A DNA stretch of 64,000 nucleotides, taken from positions 64,001-128,000 of the IMG/VR virus record IMGVR_UViG_3300011115_000874; one strand, written 5' to 3'. The position numbers were made by a program, and so were the translations under genes. This document shows positions 26,918 through 36,587 of the stretch, in pieces. Position 1 is the first letter of the stretch. Every line of letters begins with the position of its first letter. Under the pieces are notes generated by a model. That model did not search any database, was not told the DNA's origin, and saw only the letters and a list, made by a program, of their open reading frames with translations. Source of the stretch: a virus.

Positions 26918-27376
26918 TTACTTTGTCAGTAAGCCAATATAATCTAAAGCTTCTATAAAATCTTTTTCATCAAAATGTTGAAGTGTCTCCATATCCATTC
27001 TATATTCATAAAATTTACCTGGTTGTTTAGGGATTGGGAATTTATGTTTTTCTTCCTCAGTTACAGGAACTGCTTTAACAGCTGACCATTTCCAATTATT
27101 AGCCTCAGCTCCATTAGCAAATACCATACCTTGTTTAGGTTCATTGATAGTCTGTGGTAACCATACTAATTTAGTTTCAGGGTCAGTCCAAGCTAACGCT
27201 TTATATAGTTCTGGAAGTACTTCCATTTGTTCATTATAAAACTCACTTCCCTCTGTCATAAGTGAGTTAGTCCAAAACCCACATGATAATGACATCCAAT
27301 TTGTTATTTCAGGTGTTACTTCTATTTCATAACATAAATTCCCTCCTGATTTAGGGCATGTAATAATTTTATCCAT
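26918..27376 (-). CDS. Hypothetical protein
   Basis: ORF track. Confidence 0.7.
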   Translation of the reverse strand: MDKIITCPKSGGNLCYEIEVTPEITNWMSLSCGFWTNSLMTEGSEFYNEQMEVLPELYKALAWTDPETKLVWLPQTINEPKQGMVFANGAEANNWKWSAVKAVPVTEEEKHKFPIPKQPGKFYEYRMDMETLQHFDEKDFIEALDYIGLLTK

Positions 27377-28355
27377 TGTTTTTATATTTATTAATCCAAT
27401 ATTCTACCATTTCATCTAACATTGACTCAAATGTATAATCATGAGTCCATCCTGTTGTTTTAATTAGTTTAGATGAATCACCTTTTAAATTATGTAATTC
27501 TTCAGGACGTAAAAACTTTTCATCTTGAGTCACATATTCTCTATAATCTAAATCTAATAAAGAAAATACATAATCACAAAGTTCTCTTACAGAATGGGAT
27601 ATTCCTGTTGCACAAACAAAATCATCTGATTTGTCTAGTTGTAGTATTTCCCACATTGCCCGAACATAGTCTTTAGCATGTCCCCAATCTCGTGTCGCGT
27701 CTAAATTGCCTAATTTTAATTCATTAGATAATCCTAATTTAATCTTAACTGCTTCCTTACAAACTTTATTTGTTACAAAATTAGTTCCTCGTCTAGGTGA
27801 CTCATGATTAAATAATACACCATTAGAAACAAACATATTATATGAGTGTCTATAATTTCTACTTATGTTATAAGCAAATACTTTAGCACATCCATAAGGT
27901 GAAACGGGATTCATTGGTGTTGTTTCTCTTTGATAACCATCGTTATCAATACTATTTCCAAACATTTCTGAGCTACTAGCCTGGTATACTTTAGTATTAG
28001 GTGATACCATTCTAACTGCTTCTAATACATTTAAAGCACCTATAGCAGTAGCATTCGCAGTATATAATGGTTGGTCAAAACTAATTCTAACATGAGATTG
28101 AGCAGCTAAATTATATAATTCATTAGGTTGTACTTTTTGTATTACCCTAATTAGAGATGCAAGATCAGTTAGATCAGCATACTCTAATTTTAGTTTAGGA
28201 TAAATTTTATCATTAATCCTTGCTGTTTGGTTTTCAGCTACAGAATTACGTTTTAATATTCCCCACACCTCATATCCTTTATCAAGCAAAAACTCAGCTA
28301 AATAAGATCCATCTTGACCATTAATACCTGTGATTAATACTTTTTTATTCTCCAA
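27369..28355 (-). CDS. gmd: GDP-mannose 4,6-dehydratase
   Basis: GINGQDGSYLA, AAQSHV, QASSSE, SPYGCAK, NHESPRRG, RDWGHA. Confidence 0.95.
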   Translation of the reverse strand: MENKKVLITGINGQDGSYLAEFLLDKGYEVWGILKRNSVAENQTARINDKIYPKLKLEYADLTDLASLIRVIQKVQPNELYNLAAQSHVRISFDQPLYTANATAIGALNVLEAVRMVSPNTKVYQASSSEMFGNSIDNDGYQRETTPMNPVSPYGCAKVFAYNISRNYRHSYNMFVSNGVLFNHESPRRGTNFVTNKVCKEAVKIKLGLSNELKLGNLDATRDWGHAKDYVRAMWEILQLDKSDDFVCATGISHSVRELCDYVFSLLDLDYREYVTQDEKFLRPEELHNLKGDSSKLIKTTGWTHDYTFESMLDEMVEYWINKYKNNG

Positions 28356-29646
28356 TTTTCTTTAATTTAGGTAATTCAATTTTCTTTAATTGAGGTAATT
28401 TTAATTCTACCTGTTTTGGAAACTCAGGAATGTATTTAGTAAATAATTCATCTACTTTATCCTTCATTTTATCCCAACTAAACTCAGTTTTACTTTTATG
28501 TGCCTGACGTTTAGCTCCATCAAGATATTTTTTATAATCTTCAAATACATCTTTAATAGATGTTCCAGCGTGGCCTAAATCTACTGAGAACCATTGTGAT
28601 TCTTTTAATAACCATTGATTAGCAGCACTTGGGTGTACATCTGTTAACTTACCTGGTAGCATTGTTGTGAATTCAGGGTTTAAGAAATCTACTTGTCCAC
28701 TCCAATTAGTAGTAATGATTGGTTTTTTAGTTAAACTAAATTCAAGTAATGGTCTTCCATAACCCTCTCCTTTAGTTAAATTAATCATTGCTTTTACTTT
28801 AGAATGATTATATAATTCATTCATCTCAGTATCACTAAACTCACCATGTAAAACATAGATATTAGGTAAATCTTTACTATTAATTGATTTTTTGATTAAA
28901 GTAATTTTTCTTAAGATTTCATCTCTATCTAGATATGAAGATCCCATTTGAGATGTTTTTAAGATTAATGCTGGTTTGTCTTTCTTGTTTTTAAATATCT
29001 CATAAAACATTTTAATTAACAATCCTACATTCTTTCTGTCTTCACCTAAATCACCATTGATCCAATGGCCAACAAACAAGAATGCAAATTTTTCTTTAAT
29101 ATTAGTTATTTCAGAGAATGAATCTACTTTATCAAGTGGTTTATAAACATTAATATCTGCACCCTCAAATAACACTTCAATTGGTTTTTCAATTTTAGCC
29201 TCTCCAACTGGTTGATTGGTACGTTGATCTACTTTTTGCAACACAGTATCAATAAATGTTTTCTTTGAATGCTCAGAAGAAGTTAATACTAAATTCATCC
29301 TATTACATCCTTCAATCCAATCACCTGGTGCTATAGTTGTTTCAATACCTGCTGTTACTCCAATATTATATTTTCCTATCGGTTGGAATTCACTTGGTAT
29401 AGTGATTTGCATCCATATTTCTGGTTGTTTTGGTAGTTGAGGTTGAGCCCAAATATGTTGGCTTAAAAATCCCCATTCTGGGTTGTCAGTGATAAAATTC
29501 CAAGGTGTGTTACCCCACATTTGAGGGATAATTTTAACATCATATTTGTCTGTGGCTATAATTGCTCTGACTAAATCTCGAGAGCGTGCTCCGTAACCAC
29601 TATAAGTGTCAATAGGGCAGGAGATAAAAAACAATGGTTTACTCAT
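28345..29646 (-). CDS. Glycosyltransferase family 4 (GT-B)
   Basis: SGYG, GEGYGRPLLE. Confidence 0.85.
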   Translation of the reverse strand: MSKPLFFISCPIDTYSGYGARSRDLVRAIIATDKYDVKIIPQMWGNTPWNFITDNPEWGFLSQHIWAQPQLPKQPEIWMQITIPSEFQPIGKYNIGVTAGIETTIAPGDWIEGCNRMNLVLTSSEHSKKTFIDTVLQKVDQRTNQPVGEAKIEKPIEVLFEGADINVYKPLDKVDSFSEITNIKEKFAFLFVGHWINGDLGEDRKNVGLLIKMFYEIFKNKKDKPALILKTSQMGSSYLDRDEILRKITLIKKSINSKDLPNIYVLHGEFSDTEMNELYNHSKVKAMINLTKGEGYGRPLLEFSLTKKPIITTNWSGQVDFLNPEFTTMLPGKLTDVHPSAANQWLLKESQWFSVDLGHAGTSIKDVFEDYKKYLDGAKRQAHKSKTEFSWDKMKDKVDELFTKYIPEFPKQVELKLPQLKKIELPKLKKIGE

Positions 29647-29655
29647 AACTTTATT

Positions 29656-31092
29656 TTAATATACTAATTTGTGTGGTACTACTTTTTCTTGAGTTTCATT
29701 TGCGTTTATTAACTCGTATTTTTCTCTTGGTTTCCAAGTTTTAAACAATTTGTCTAATGTTTCAATAACTTTTTTACCCATATTTTCAGCTGTAAATCCT
29801 GCTTCATCTGATAAAGCCCATTCACGGCCTTTTAATCCTAACGCTTGTCTTTTTTCTTTACCTAGATTATAAACAGCTTTAATTTGTTCTGCTGCATCTT
29901 CAGCATTACATCTATCATCCCAAATATAAGGTGTTAATGGAGAACCTTGAATTGATCTATTAGTTGGATATACTGGGAAGGCCCATTCACCATGTTCTTT
30001 AATAGTACCATTATGGTTTGAAGGAAAATCAGCATCAAAATCAATCCATTTGCCTTTTTTACTAAAGCGCATTTGGTCTTGCATCCCACCTGTCACATTA
30101 GCAATAATTGGGTTACCAGCTAAAATTGCCTCAGTTAAACTTAATCCCCATCCTTCATTATTAGTTAATAAGATTTGGACATCAGAACAATTATATAGTA
30201 AATTCATTCCTTTAGGATCTAATACCTGGTTAGAGAATAAAATATTATATTTAGAATCACTTCCAAATAACATTTCTCTTACTGCTTCTAAATCAGTACC
30301 ATTATCATCTACTACTTGAGTATGTAATACAAAAGCACATTTTCTTGCTTGTTCATCAGTTAATGAATCAATAAAGATTTTATAAGCAAATAATGTATCA
30401 GGAATTTGTTTACGTCTAATGTTTCTAGAATTAAAGAACATAACAAAATCAAATTCTTTACCTCCAAATAGTTGTTTTTTAAACTCAACTAATTCTTTAT
30501 CATTCTTATCAAGTGGTTTAAATGTTTCTTCATTTAATCCATGAGGAACATATTCAATGATTTTATTTTTAGCTTTATCACCTAATACTAATTCATTAAT
30601 ATTTTTAGTTTGTTTTGATATAGCTAATAAAGCATCACATGACTCATAATATCCTCTATTATACATTGGAGCCGGATAATCATCCCAAATGTTAAGATAG
30701 ATAATAGGCATCTTCTTTCTAACCTCATTTTCAATTTGGAATAACCAAATAAAATATCTTGGGTCTGTGATCAAGAATATAGCATCCGGTTTTTCTATGC
30801 TAATCAGTTGTCTAATTAAATTAGCATCACCATACCCATTACTTGGATATAAGATAATTGAACTGTCAGTTAACCCAGTGTTAGTGTTGGTATCAGGAGA
30901 TAAATCTAATCGTTTACCTTGTTCAGGATGATTAATAGCTCCTCCTACATTCACCCAATTAAAATGTTGGGCTGTGTTTAATACTAATTCTCGAGCGACT
31001 GTAGCTACACCTGAGTGTACTCTAATGTCATCACAAATTAGTAAGATTTTCTTCCTCTCATTTTGAGGAAGATAAGCAAAACTTGAATTCAT
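29656..31092 (-). CDS. Glycosyltransferase family 4 (GT-B)
   Basis: SGVA, RNIRRK, EGWGLSLTEA. Confidence 0.85.
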   Translation of the reverse strand: MNSSFAYLPQNERKKILLICDDIRVHSGVATVARELVLNTAQHFNWVNVGGAINHPEQGKRLDLSPDTNTNTGLTDSSIILYPSNGYGDANLIRQLISIEKPDAIFLITDPRYFIWLFQIENEVRKKMPIIYLNIWDDYPAPMYNRGYYESCDALLAISKQTKNINELVLGDKAKNKIIEYVPHGLNEETFKPLDKNDKELVEFKKQLFGGKEFDFVMFFNSRNIRRKQIPDTLFAYKIFIDSLTDEQARKCAFVLHTQVVDDNGTDLEAVREMLFGSDSKYNILFSNQVLDPKGMNLLYNCSDVQILLTNNEGWGLSLTEAILAGNPIIANVTGGMQDQMRFSKKGKWIDFDADFPSNHNGTIKEHGEWAFPVYPTNRSIQGSPLTPYIWDDRCNAEDAAEQIKAVYNLGKEKRQALGLKGREWALSDEAGFTAENMGKKVIETLDKLFKTWKPREKYELINANETQEKVVPHKLVY

Positions 31093-31102
31093 ATAACTTT
31101 TT

Positions 31103-31288
31103 TTATCGATTTAAATTATTGTGGTTGTGGATATTTTTGCGAAATTCTTCATCCGTAAGATATAAATGAACTGTGCGATCTACAAGCTTTTGTAAAGAAA
31201 ACTTATGTTTTACACAACTCATTTTAAAATCATCGAATAACTCGCTTTGTACTTTGACACTAGTTAGTGTCATTTCTTTTTTAGTCAT
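31103..31288 (-). CDS. Small DNA-binding protein (ribbon-helix-helix-like)
   Basis: LTSVKV strand followed by two helices. Confidence 0.55.
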   Translation of the reverse strand: MTKKEMTLTSVKVQSELFDDFKMSCVKHKFSLQKLVDRTVHLYLTDEEFRKNIHNHNNLNR

Positions 31289-31340
31289 AGCTTTTATTTA
31301 TTGTTTTAACGTATATAAATATATATACTATTAATAAAAG

Positions 31341-32276
31341 TTACTTATTACATAAATCTTTTTTATCATTATATGGACACCATTTACAACCCTTACTTTC
31401 AATAATTGGGTGAGTAGTATCCTTATATGAACCATCAGTGTTAAAACATTGTTCAAGAAAGTTATTAATTGCTGTTACTGCTTTCTTTATTTTAATTTTA
31501 CCACTTGGGGGTGAGTATTCCTGAAGACGACTTTGAGGAAACTCACTTTGTTCCCATATTTTTCTTTTTAGTATAAGAAAATCTACTTCAATTTGATCTT
31601 CAGGAACATTAAATTGTTGACTAAAGAAATACTTATAAAGTATCAATTGAAATTGTTTACCTTCATCCTTTTTAGTCTCATCATTCCATCCTCGAGTAGA
31701 CGTCTTAAAGTCGATTATCTTAAATGTACTTGTGGGTTCGTGATATAATACCAAGTCGATGAAGCCCTTGAATAAAACGTTTTTAAACGCGTTATTAGGC
31801 GTCATTACAATTGGTAACTCAACCTTAACTAAACTCCATCCTTTTTTACTAAAATATTGACCTCGTTTCTTTTTGAATTGGCTAAGTATGTTTAGTCCGT
31901 CTTCATAAAACTCTCTCATTTCAACAGCGCCACTAAAGTGAGTACTTTTATTTTTCTTGTACTCGTCTAGATACACCTTACGAAATGTCTCCTCAAACTG
32001 TTCCTCAATATTAACTCTATCAGCTGCAGCAGCACTTTCTTCAAACATCACTGTTAAGTGACTTTGAAGCACCTCATGCATTGCAGTCCCAAACACAGTA
32101 TGAATGGTTGGTTTATACTCTTGTAATCCGTCTTTATATTGTAGTTCCCATTTATGAGGACATTCTTTATAAACAGAAAACTGACTATAAGAGATAGTTT
32201 TATGATAAGCATAATTTATCTCTTGAGGAGTATAATTCTTAATAGCCTTAACTATTGCTGGTATTTTTGTGCTCAA
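31341..32276 (-). CDS. PD-(D/E)XK nuclease (RecB/Cas4-like)
   Basis: SYSQ..CP, GTAMHE, GFID, IIDFKT, C-terminal CKWCPY...C. Confidence 0.88.
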   Translation of the reverse strand: MSTKIPAIVKAIKNYTPQEINYAYHKTISYSQFSVYKECPHKWELQYKDGLQEYKPTIHTVFGTAMHEVLQSHLTVMFEESAAAADRVNIEEQFEETFRKVYLDEYKKNKSTHFSGAVEMREFYEDGLNILSQFKKKRGQYFSKKGWSLVKVELPIVMTPNNAFKNVLFKGFIDLVLYHEPTSTFKIIDFKTSTRGWNDETKKDEGKQFQLILYKYFFSQQFNVPEDQIEVDFLILKRKIWEQSEFPQSRLQEYSPPSGKIKIKKAVTAINNFLEQCFNTDGSYKDTTHPIIESKGCKWCPYNDKKDLCNK

Positions 32277-32279
32277 AAT

Positions 32280-32477
32280 TTATTGTTGTTCTTCTTGGAG
32301 GAACTGCCATTTAATTTTTTCTAGATACAATATTGCATCCATATGTTCTTGTTTAGCATGTTCGATCCATTCTACTAAAGATAGATCAGTTCTATCTAAA
32401 TCAGTGCCATACTTTGCTTTACCCATCGCACTTCGTTCTTCGAACTGCTTGATTATTGATGTAACTATACTATCCAT
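32280..32477 (-). CDS. Small all-alpha NTP pyrophosphatase-like protein
   Basis: G..KYG...W..HA..E..D..LY pattern. Confidence 0.55.
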   Translation of the reverse strand: MDSIVTSIIKQFEERSAMGKAKYGTDLDRTDLSLVEWIEHAKQEHMDAILYLEKIKWQFLQEEQQ

Positions 32478-32480
32478 TTT

Positions 32481-33182
32481 TTAATAACTTTTATTTTTAT
32501 TTCTATTTCCTATTTCATTTATATATCCATGCTGTTGAGCTATTTCTGTTGTTTTAAATAACACTTGAGTATTTTTAAAGTTAAAGCATTGTTTTTGATG
32601 ATCTAAATCTATTAAATCAAAGCTTGAGCATGGTTTTATATGATCTATTTCCCAAACATTCCCCCAATTTTCCCAACTCATTCCTTCTTTAAACTGTTGT
32701 TCTATATATATTTTATACTCCTCAACTGAGCATCCTAGTAAATCAAATGATTTTGATTTTTTTGAGTCTGTTTTTAAAGCTGAGTTTATTCTTGCTCTAA
32801 GAGTGTTTGAAAGTTTAAATAGTAAGTCGGTTGCATATCTATTTTTTTGGTAGGTATGCATATATTCTTTTGTTTTTTCTTTTATATAGGGTTGAGAAGA
32901 ATACTCTTTTATTTTGGGTAAAATATGTTCTTTATTATCAATATAATATTGTTTTATTCTACTTTTATTTTTCTTATAATATTCTTTCTCAGTCTTGTTA
33001 ATCTTATCTTTATTCTTTTGACGATATTCTTTAACAGCCTGTTTCTTTTGCTCTTTATTTTCTTGGTACGATTTTTTAGAATATGTTTTTGAACTTTCAA
33101 TATGACACTTTTTACACTTATTTTGTTTAGCATAAAACTCAACATCAGGTTTTGATTCACAACACGTTAAACATTTTCTCAT
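32481..33182 (-). CDS. Free-standing HNH-type endonuclease
   Basis: N-terminal CxxC..CxxC, GMSWENWG..WEIDHIKPC...N; late motif 33193-33200. Confidence 0.75.
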   Translation of the reverse strand: MRKCLTCCESKPDVEFYAKQNKCKKCHIESSKTYSKKSYQENKEQKKQAVKEYRQKNKDKINKTEKEYYKKNKSRIKQYYIDNKEHILPKIKEYSSQPYIKEKTKEYMHTYQKNRYATDLLFKLSNTLRARINSALKTDSKKSKSFDLLGCSVEEYKIYIEQQFKEGMSWENWGNVWEIDHIKPCSSFDLIDLDHQKQCFNFKNTQVLFKTTEIAQQHGYINEIGNRNKNKSY

Positions 33183-33610
33183 GATATTTTATTATAAATA
33201 TTCACAAGGAGTTTTTTTTGTTCTTTCTCTTCAACACCTAAGCTAGTTAGGATACTTTTTACACCTGATTCTCTTAATATGTCAATATACTCCTCTGCCT
33301 CACCAAATGAACATTCAAAATAGTTAGCAATATGTTTAAGCAATGATTCTTGCTTTTTCTTTTTAGAGGATTTGATGTATTTGAAGAACATATTATTTTT
33401 AGGTATCATATATAAATATATATTATATGTTTTCTCCTTATCAGTATATGGAAAAGTCTGCACTAAATTCACGAATTCTATGTACTCAGGATTCATACTG
33501 AGGAAACGATGAATCATATAACAATTAAATGACTCTTTGTCTTCCTCAGTAAATGATTCCCATTTTGATTTATTATAGGTAATTTCCTTTAACCAATCAA
33601 ATATTGTCAT
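33179..33610 (-). CDS. Clamp loader small subunit (T4 gp62-like)
   Basis: FDWL..I, YMIHRFLS, IA.YF.CS..EA.EY; context. Confidence 0.75.
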   Translation of the reverse strand: MTIFDWLKEITYNKSKWESFTEEDKESFNCYMIHRFLSMNPEYIEFVNLVQTFPYTDKEKTYNIYLYMIPKNNMFFKYIKSSKKKKQESLLKHIANYFECSFGEAEEYIDILRESGVKSILTSLGVEEKEQKKLLVNIYNKIS

Positions 33611-33839
33611 ACTCTTCTCTAACTTCTTTAGGTAACAATTCTACTAATACTTTTCCTGTCACTACATCATAGAAGCATGGAATAGGCATAATAGAATCTT
33701 CTGTTGTTCCAGTTAAAAACTTAGATACCTTACGTAAAATTACTCCCTCAGCAAATACATGATTTCCATCTGGTGAAATAATAGGTTGGGTTTGCTTAAA
33801 GTCTACATTGACATTAAGCGGTTGTTTTGGTTCACTCAT
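33597..33839 (-). CDS. Hypothetical protein
   Basis: ORF track. Confidence 0.7.
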   Translation of the reverse strand: MSEPKQPLNVNVDFKQTQPIISPDGNHVFAEGVILRKVSKFLTGTTEDSIMPIPCFYDVVTGKVLVELLPKEVREEYDNI

Positions 33840-33843
33840 AACT

Positions 33844-34503
33844 TTATTTATTATTAATTATTTTATATTCCCAAATATAATTAAAGGAGGTGTATTTTCC
33901 TAATTTATTTTTATCCCTTTGTCTAATTATATTTTTATCATTATTACGACAACAATTATTTATAGCAGTATAACTTAAATTTAAAACTTGAGATGCTAGT
34001 TTTCCAGTTTCCCACTCTTTTATAATATTACCATTTAAATCTTTTTGTAGTACTGGGCGGCCAAATGATTTAGATGATGACTTAGATAAGTTTTTTCTCC
34101 ATTCATTATTTTTAGAATGGCCTTCCATTGCTTTACTTATAGATTGTTTATGGTCTTGGCTTAATGGTATTCCTTTATGAGCCATAGATATTTTATTTTT
34201 AGTAGTTTTTGATAATGGTTTATATTTTCTTCCTTCCCATGAACCATAAGCCTTATTTGTTCTATTATAGAATTCAGGGTTAGATTTTACATCAAAAAGA
34301 TTTAACCAATATTCTTCTCTTTGCCATAATTCTTCTTTGCTATTACAGTGTTCTAAAATTTCTTTTTTAAAATTTTTTCTACCATATTTTTTTATAGCCT
34401 TTTTTAAATCTAAGCCACTTCCTAAGTATTTAGGATTATTATTTACATCTTTACCAATATATTTTTTATTGTTGGTAAGATTTATTGTTTGATATATTAC
34501 CAT
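33844..34503 (-). CDS. GIY-YIG homing endonuclease (Seg-like, NUMOD repeats)
   Basis: VIYQTINLTNNKKYIGK, YLGSG, REEYW, FYN; late motif 34522-34529. Confidence 0.88.
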   Translation of the reverse strand: MVIYQTINLTNNKKYIGKDVNNNPKYLGSGLDLKKAIKKYGRKNFKKEILEHCNSKEELWQREEYWLNLFDVKSNPEFYNRTNKAYGSWEGRKYKPLSKTTKNKISMAHKGIPLSQDHKQSISKAMEGHSKNNEWRKNLSKSSSKSFGRPVLQKDLNGNIIKEWETGKLASQVLNLSYTAINNCCRNNDKNIIRQRDKNKLGKYTSFNYIWEYKIINNK

Positions 34504-34554
34504 AATTATTTAGTTATCAATTATAAATATATCAACATTGATAAAGAAATAATC

Positions 34555-35475
34555 TTAAGTAATGATTTTAAGTATAGAAGCAATCAAGGCACAAACATTG
34601 ATTTCTTTATCAATTCTAAAGTTAGCATGATACATATAACTTTCTATTTCAATAACAATCATTGCTTTTGCTAAATCATTATTACCATACTCATCTAAAT
34701 TATCATATAGGAATCTATAAATCTCTTCAAAATCATCCAAATTACTATCAGCAAGTATTTGTCTAATGTTTTTAAAACTAGATTTAGATGGTGATTTAAG
34801 TTCCTTTAATACTCCATCTTTATAACTGTTTGATGCTAATACTGTTTTATCTATTTTAAGAGTACCTTCAACATTATTTACTTGACAAGTATTTAATATT
34901 TTTCTAATATCAGGATAATGTTTATTAACTACTAATGCTAAGTCTCCTAATTCATAGTTAATATTTTCTTGCTCTAAAATAGTAGATATATGTTGTGCTA
35001 CTTCTTTTTTAGATGGAGGAGTAATCTTTAATACTTGGCAACGAGATTGAAGTGGATCAATTATTCGTTCAAGGTAATTACATGTTAAAATAAAACGGGT
35101 GGTGCGAGAATATGTTTCAATAATATTCCTAAGTGATGCTTGTGCTTGAATAGTTAAGAAATCTGCTTCATCTAAAATAATAATTTTAATAGGCTTAAAT
35201 GAAGCACTAGAAGCAAAACCTTGAACTTTATCTCTAATAGTATCAATACCTCTTTCATCTGAAGCATTAATATAAAGATAATCACAGTCAAAATTGTTTA
35301 CAATTAATTTAGCTAATGTTGTTTTACCTGTACCAGGTGTTCCATACAATAGTAAATTTTGTAAATCGTTGTTTTTTAGATATTGATGAACAATTTGTTT
35401 TAACTGTTCATTACCAACATACTCGTCTAATGTTTTAGAACGATATTTTTCTACAAATAAACTATTTTCTTTCAT
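34555..35475 (-). CDS. Clamp loader AAA+ subunit (T4 gp44/RFC)
   Basis: VEKYR, GTPGTGKTT, NASDERGID, LDEAD, SRC; start corrected to MKENS. Confidence 0.95.
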   Translation of the reverse strand: MKENSLFVEKYRSKTLDEYVGNEQLKQIVHQYLKNNDLQNLLLYGTPGTGKTTLAKLIVNNFDCDYLYINASDERGIDTIRDKVQGFASSASFKPIKIIILDEADFLTIQAQASLRNIIETYSRTTRFILTCNYLERIIDPLQSRCQVLKITPPSKKEVAQHISTILEQENINYELGDLALVVNKHYPDIRKILNTCQVNNVEGTLKIDKTVLASNSYKDGVLKELKSPSKSSFKNIRQILADSNLDDFEEIYRFLYDNLDEYGNNDLAKAMIVIEIESYMYHANFRIDKEINVCALIASILKIIT

Positions 35476-35480
35476 ATAAC

Positions 35481-35512
35481 CAAATATAATAAAAAATGGC
35501 CCGAAGGCCAAA
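35481..35512 (-). promoter_or_regulatory. Early promoter, perfect TTTG-N20-TATATTTG, with TTCG hairpin
   Basis: Exact Bacteroidota -33/-7 consensus. Confidence 0.85.
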
Positions 35513-35537
35513 TTTTAATATAATATGTTTTTAAAGA

Positions 35538-35792
35538 TTATTTACCAATTCTAGGTTTAATATCAGATGGGAGAGGTCCTGTACTTTTAATACTAAACTT
35601 AGAAAGAAATTTGTTTTTAAGAGTTGATTTTTGTTCTGGGGTTAATTTATTTTTCTTTGAAAAATAATCTATAACAGATTCAGTTGCATCTTCATCACCT
35701 ATGTATTCTTCAAAATCCTTAATAAACTTATTTTCAGATAATACTTTAGTAATTTCTTCTTTAATAATATGTTTTAACTCAGATACTTTCAT
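35538..35792 (-). CDS. Late protein with MKVSELKHIIKEE leader (putative internal head protein)
   Basis: Leader shared with ORFs at 49595 and 50114. Confidence 0.65.
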   Translation of the reverse strand: MKVSELKHIIKEEITKVLSENKFIKDFEEYIGDEDATESVIDYFSKKNKLTPEQKSTLKNKFLSKFSIKSTGPLPSDIKPRIGK

Positions 35793-35794
35793 AA

Positions 35795-36307
35795 TTAATA
35801 TTTTTTACCTAATTCTAATATTTTAGACAAACCAATTAAAGCAGCACCAACACCAGCAGTAAGACCAAGACCAGAAAGAAATGCTACATTACCAGGCATA
35901 TCATTAAATATTGCTTTCATTAAAAACATATTCATAAAAGGAACAAGGTTTGAAGCATATAAAACTTTTCCTAAAGTACCAGAAACTTTAGCTATTTTAT
36001 CTTTTGGACTTAAAGCTTCATCAATCTCAGCTACAACACTTTGAATTTTAGGTTCAATCTTATCAACTGCAGTTTCAATAGATGTGCTAGATGTTATACC
36101 TAAATCAGCTAATGCTGATTGAAGATTAACTTTTTCTTCATCTGAAAGTTTATCAACCATTGCTTCTATTGATGGATCTGATTCTACTTTATCTTCAATT
36201 TTTTCAGCAGCGGCTATTGCTTTAGCATCTTCTTCAGTTAATTCTTTATATTGGCTTTCAGTGATCAAACCAGCTATTTTTTGCATTTTATAAAATTCTC
36301 TATTCAT
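35795..36307 (-). CDS. Late protein with MQKIAGLITE leader and C-terminal hydrophobic hairpin
   Basis: Late-like motif 36322-36329. Confidence 0.65.
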   Translation of the reverse strand: MNREFYKMQKIAGLITESQYKELTEEDAKAIAAAEKIEDKVESDPSIEAMVDKLSDEEKVNLQSALADLGITSSTSIETAVDKIEPKIQSVVAEIDEALSPKDKIAKVSGTLGKVLYASNLVPFMNMFLMKAIFNDMPGNVAFLSGLGLTAGVGAALIGLSKILELGKKY

Positions 36308-36329
36308 AGTATTAGTTTAATTATACATA

Positions 36330-36587
36330 TTAATAGTCTCCGTACATGTTAAATTTCTTTGGTGGAATTGGTTTTATTTCTGCTACAGTTGTTGAAATAG
36401 CATACAATTCACCTTTTATAGGTGATAATCTAAAATCACATGGGTGTTGAGTTTCTTGAAAGTAACCTTCTAATGCCTCAGTTAATGAAGGATATACTGT
36501 ATTAGGGTCGCTTAGCAGCGCCCAACTGTCTCCAGGTGGGCGTCGCTTAGCGATTAATACTAATTCTTCTTTGACTTCAGTAGCCAT
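36330..36587 (-). CDS. Hypothetical protein
   Basis: ORF track. Confidence 0.7.
   Translation of the reverse strand: MATEVKEELVLIAKRRPPGDSWALLSDPNTVYPSLTEALEGYFQETQHPCDFRLSPIKGELYAISTTVAEIKPIPPKKFNMYGDY

Noticed and set aside
18142-31092. Bacterial chromosomal LPS/capsule locus (host contamination)
   Set aside because: Carries the same phage promoter motif (18111, 26907), is co-oriented and contiguous with T4-like replication genes, and lacks wzx/wzy/ABC export genes.
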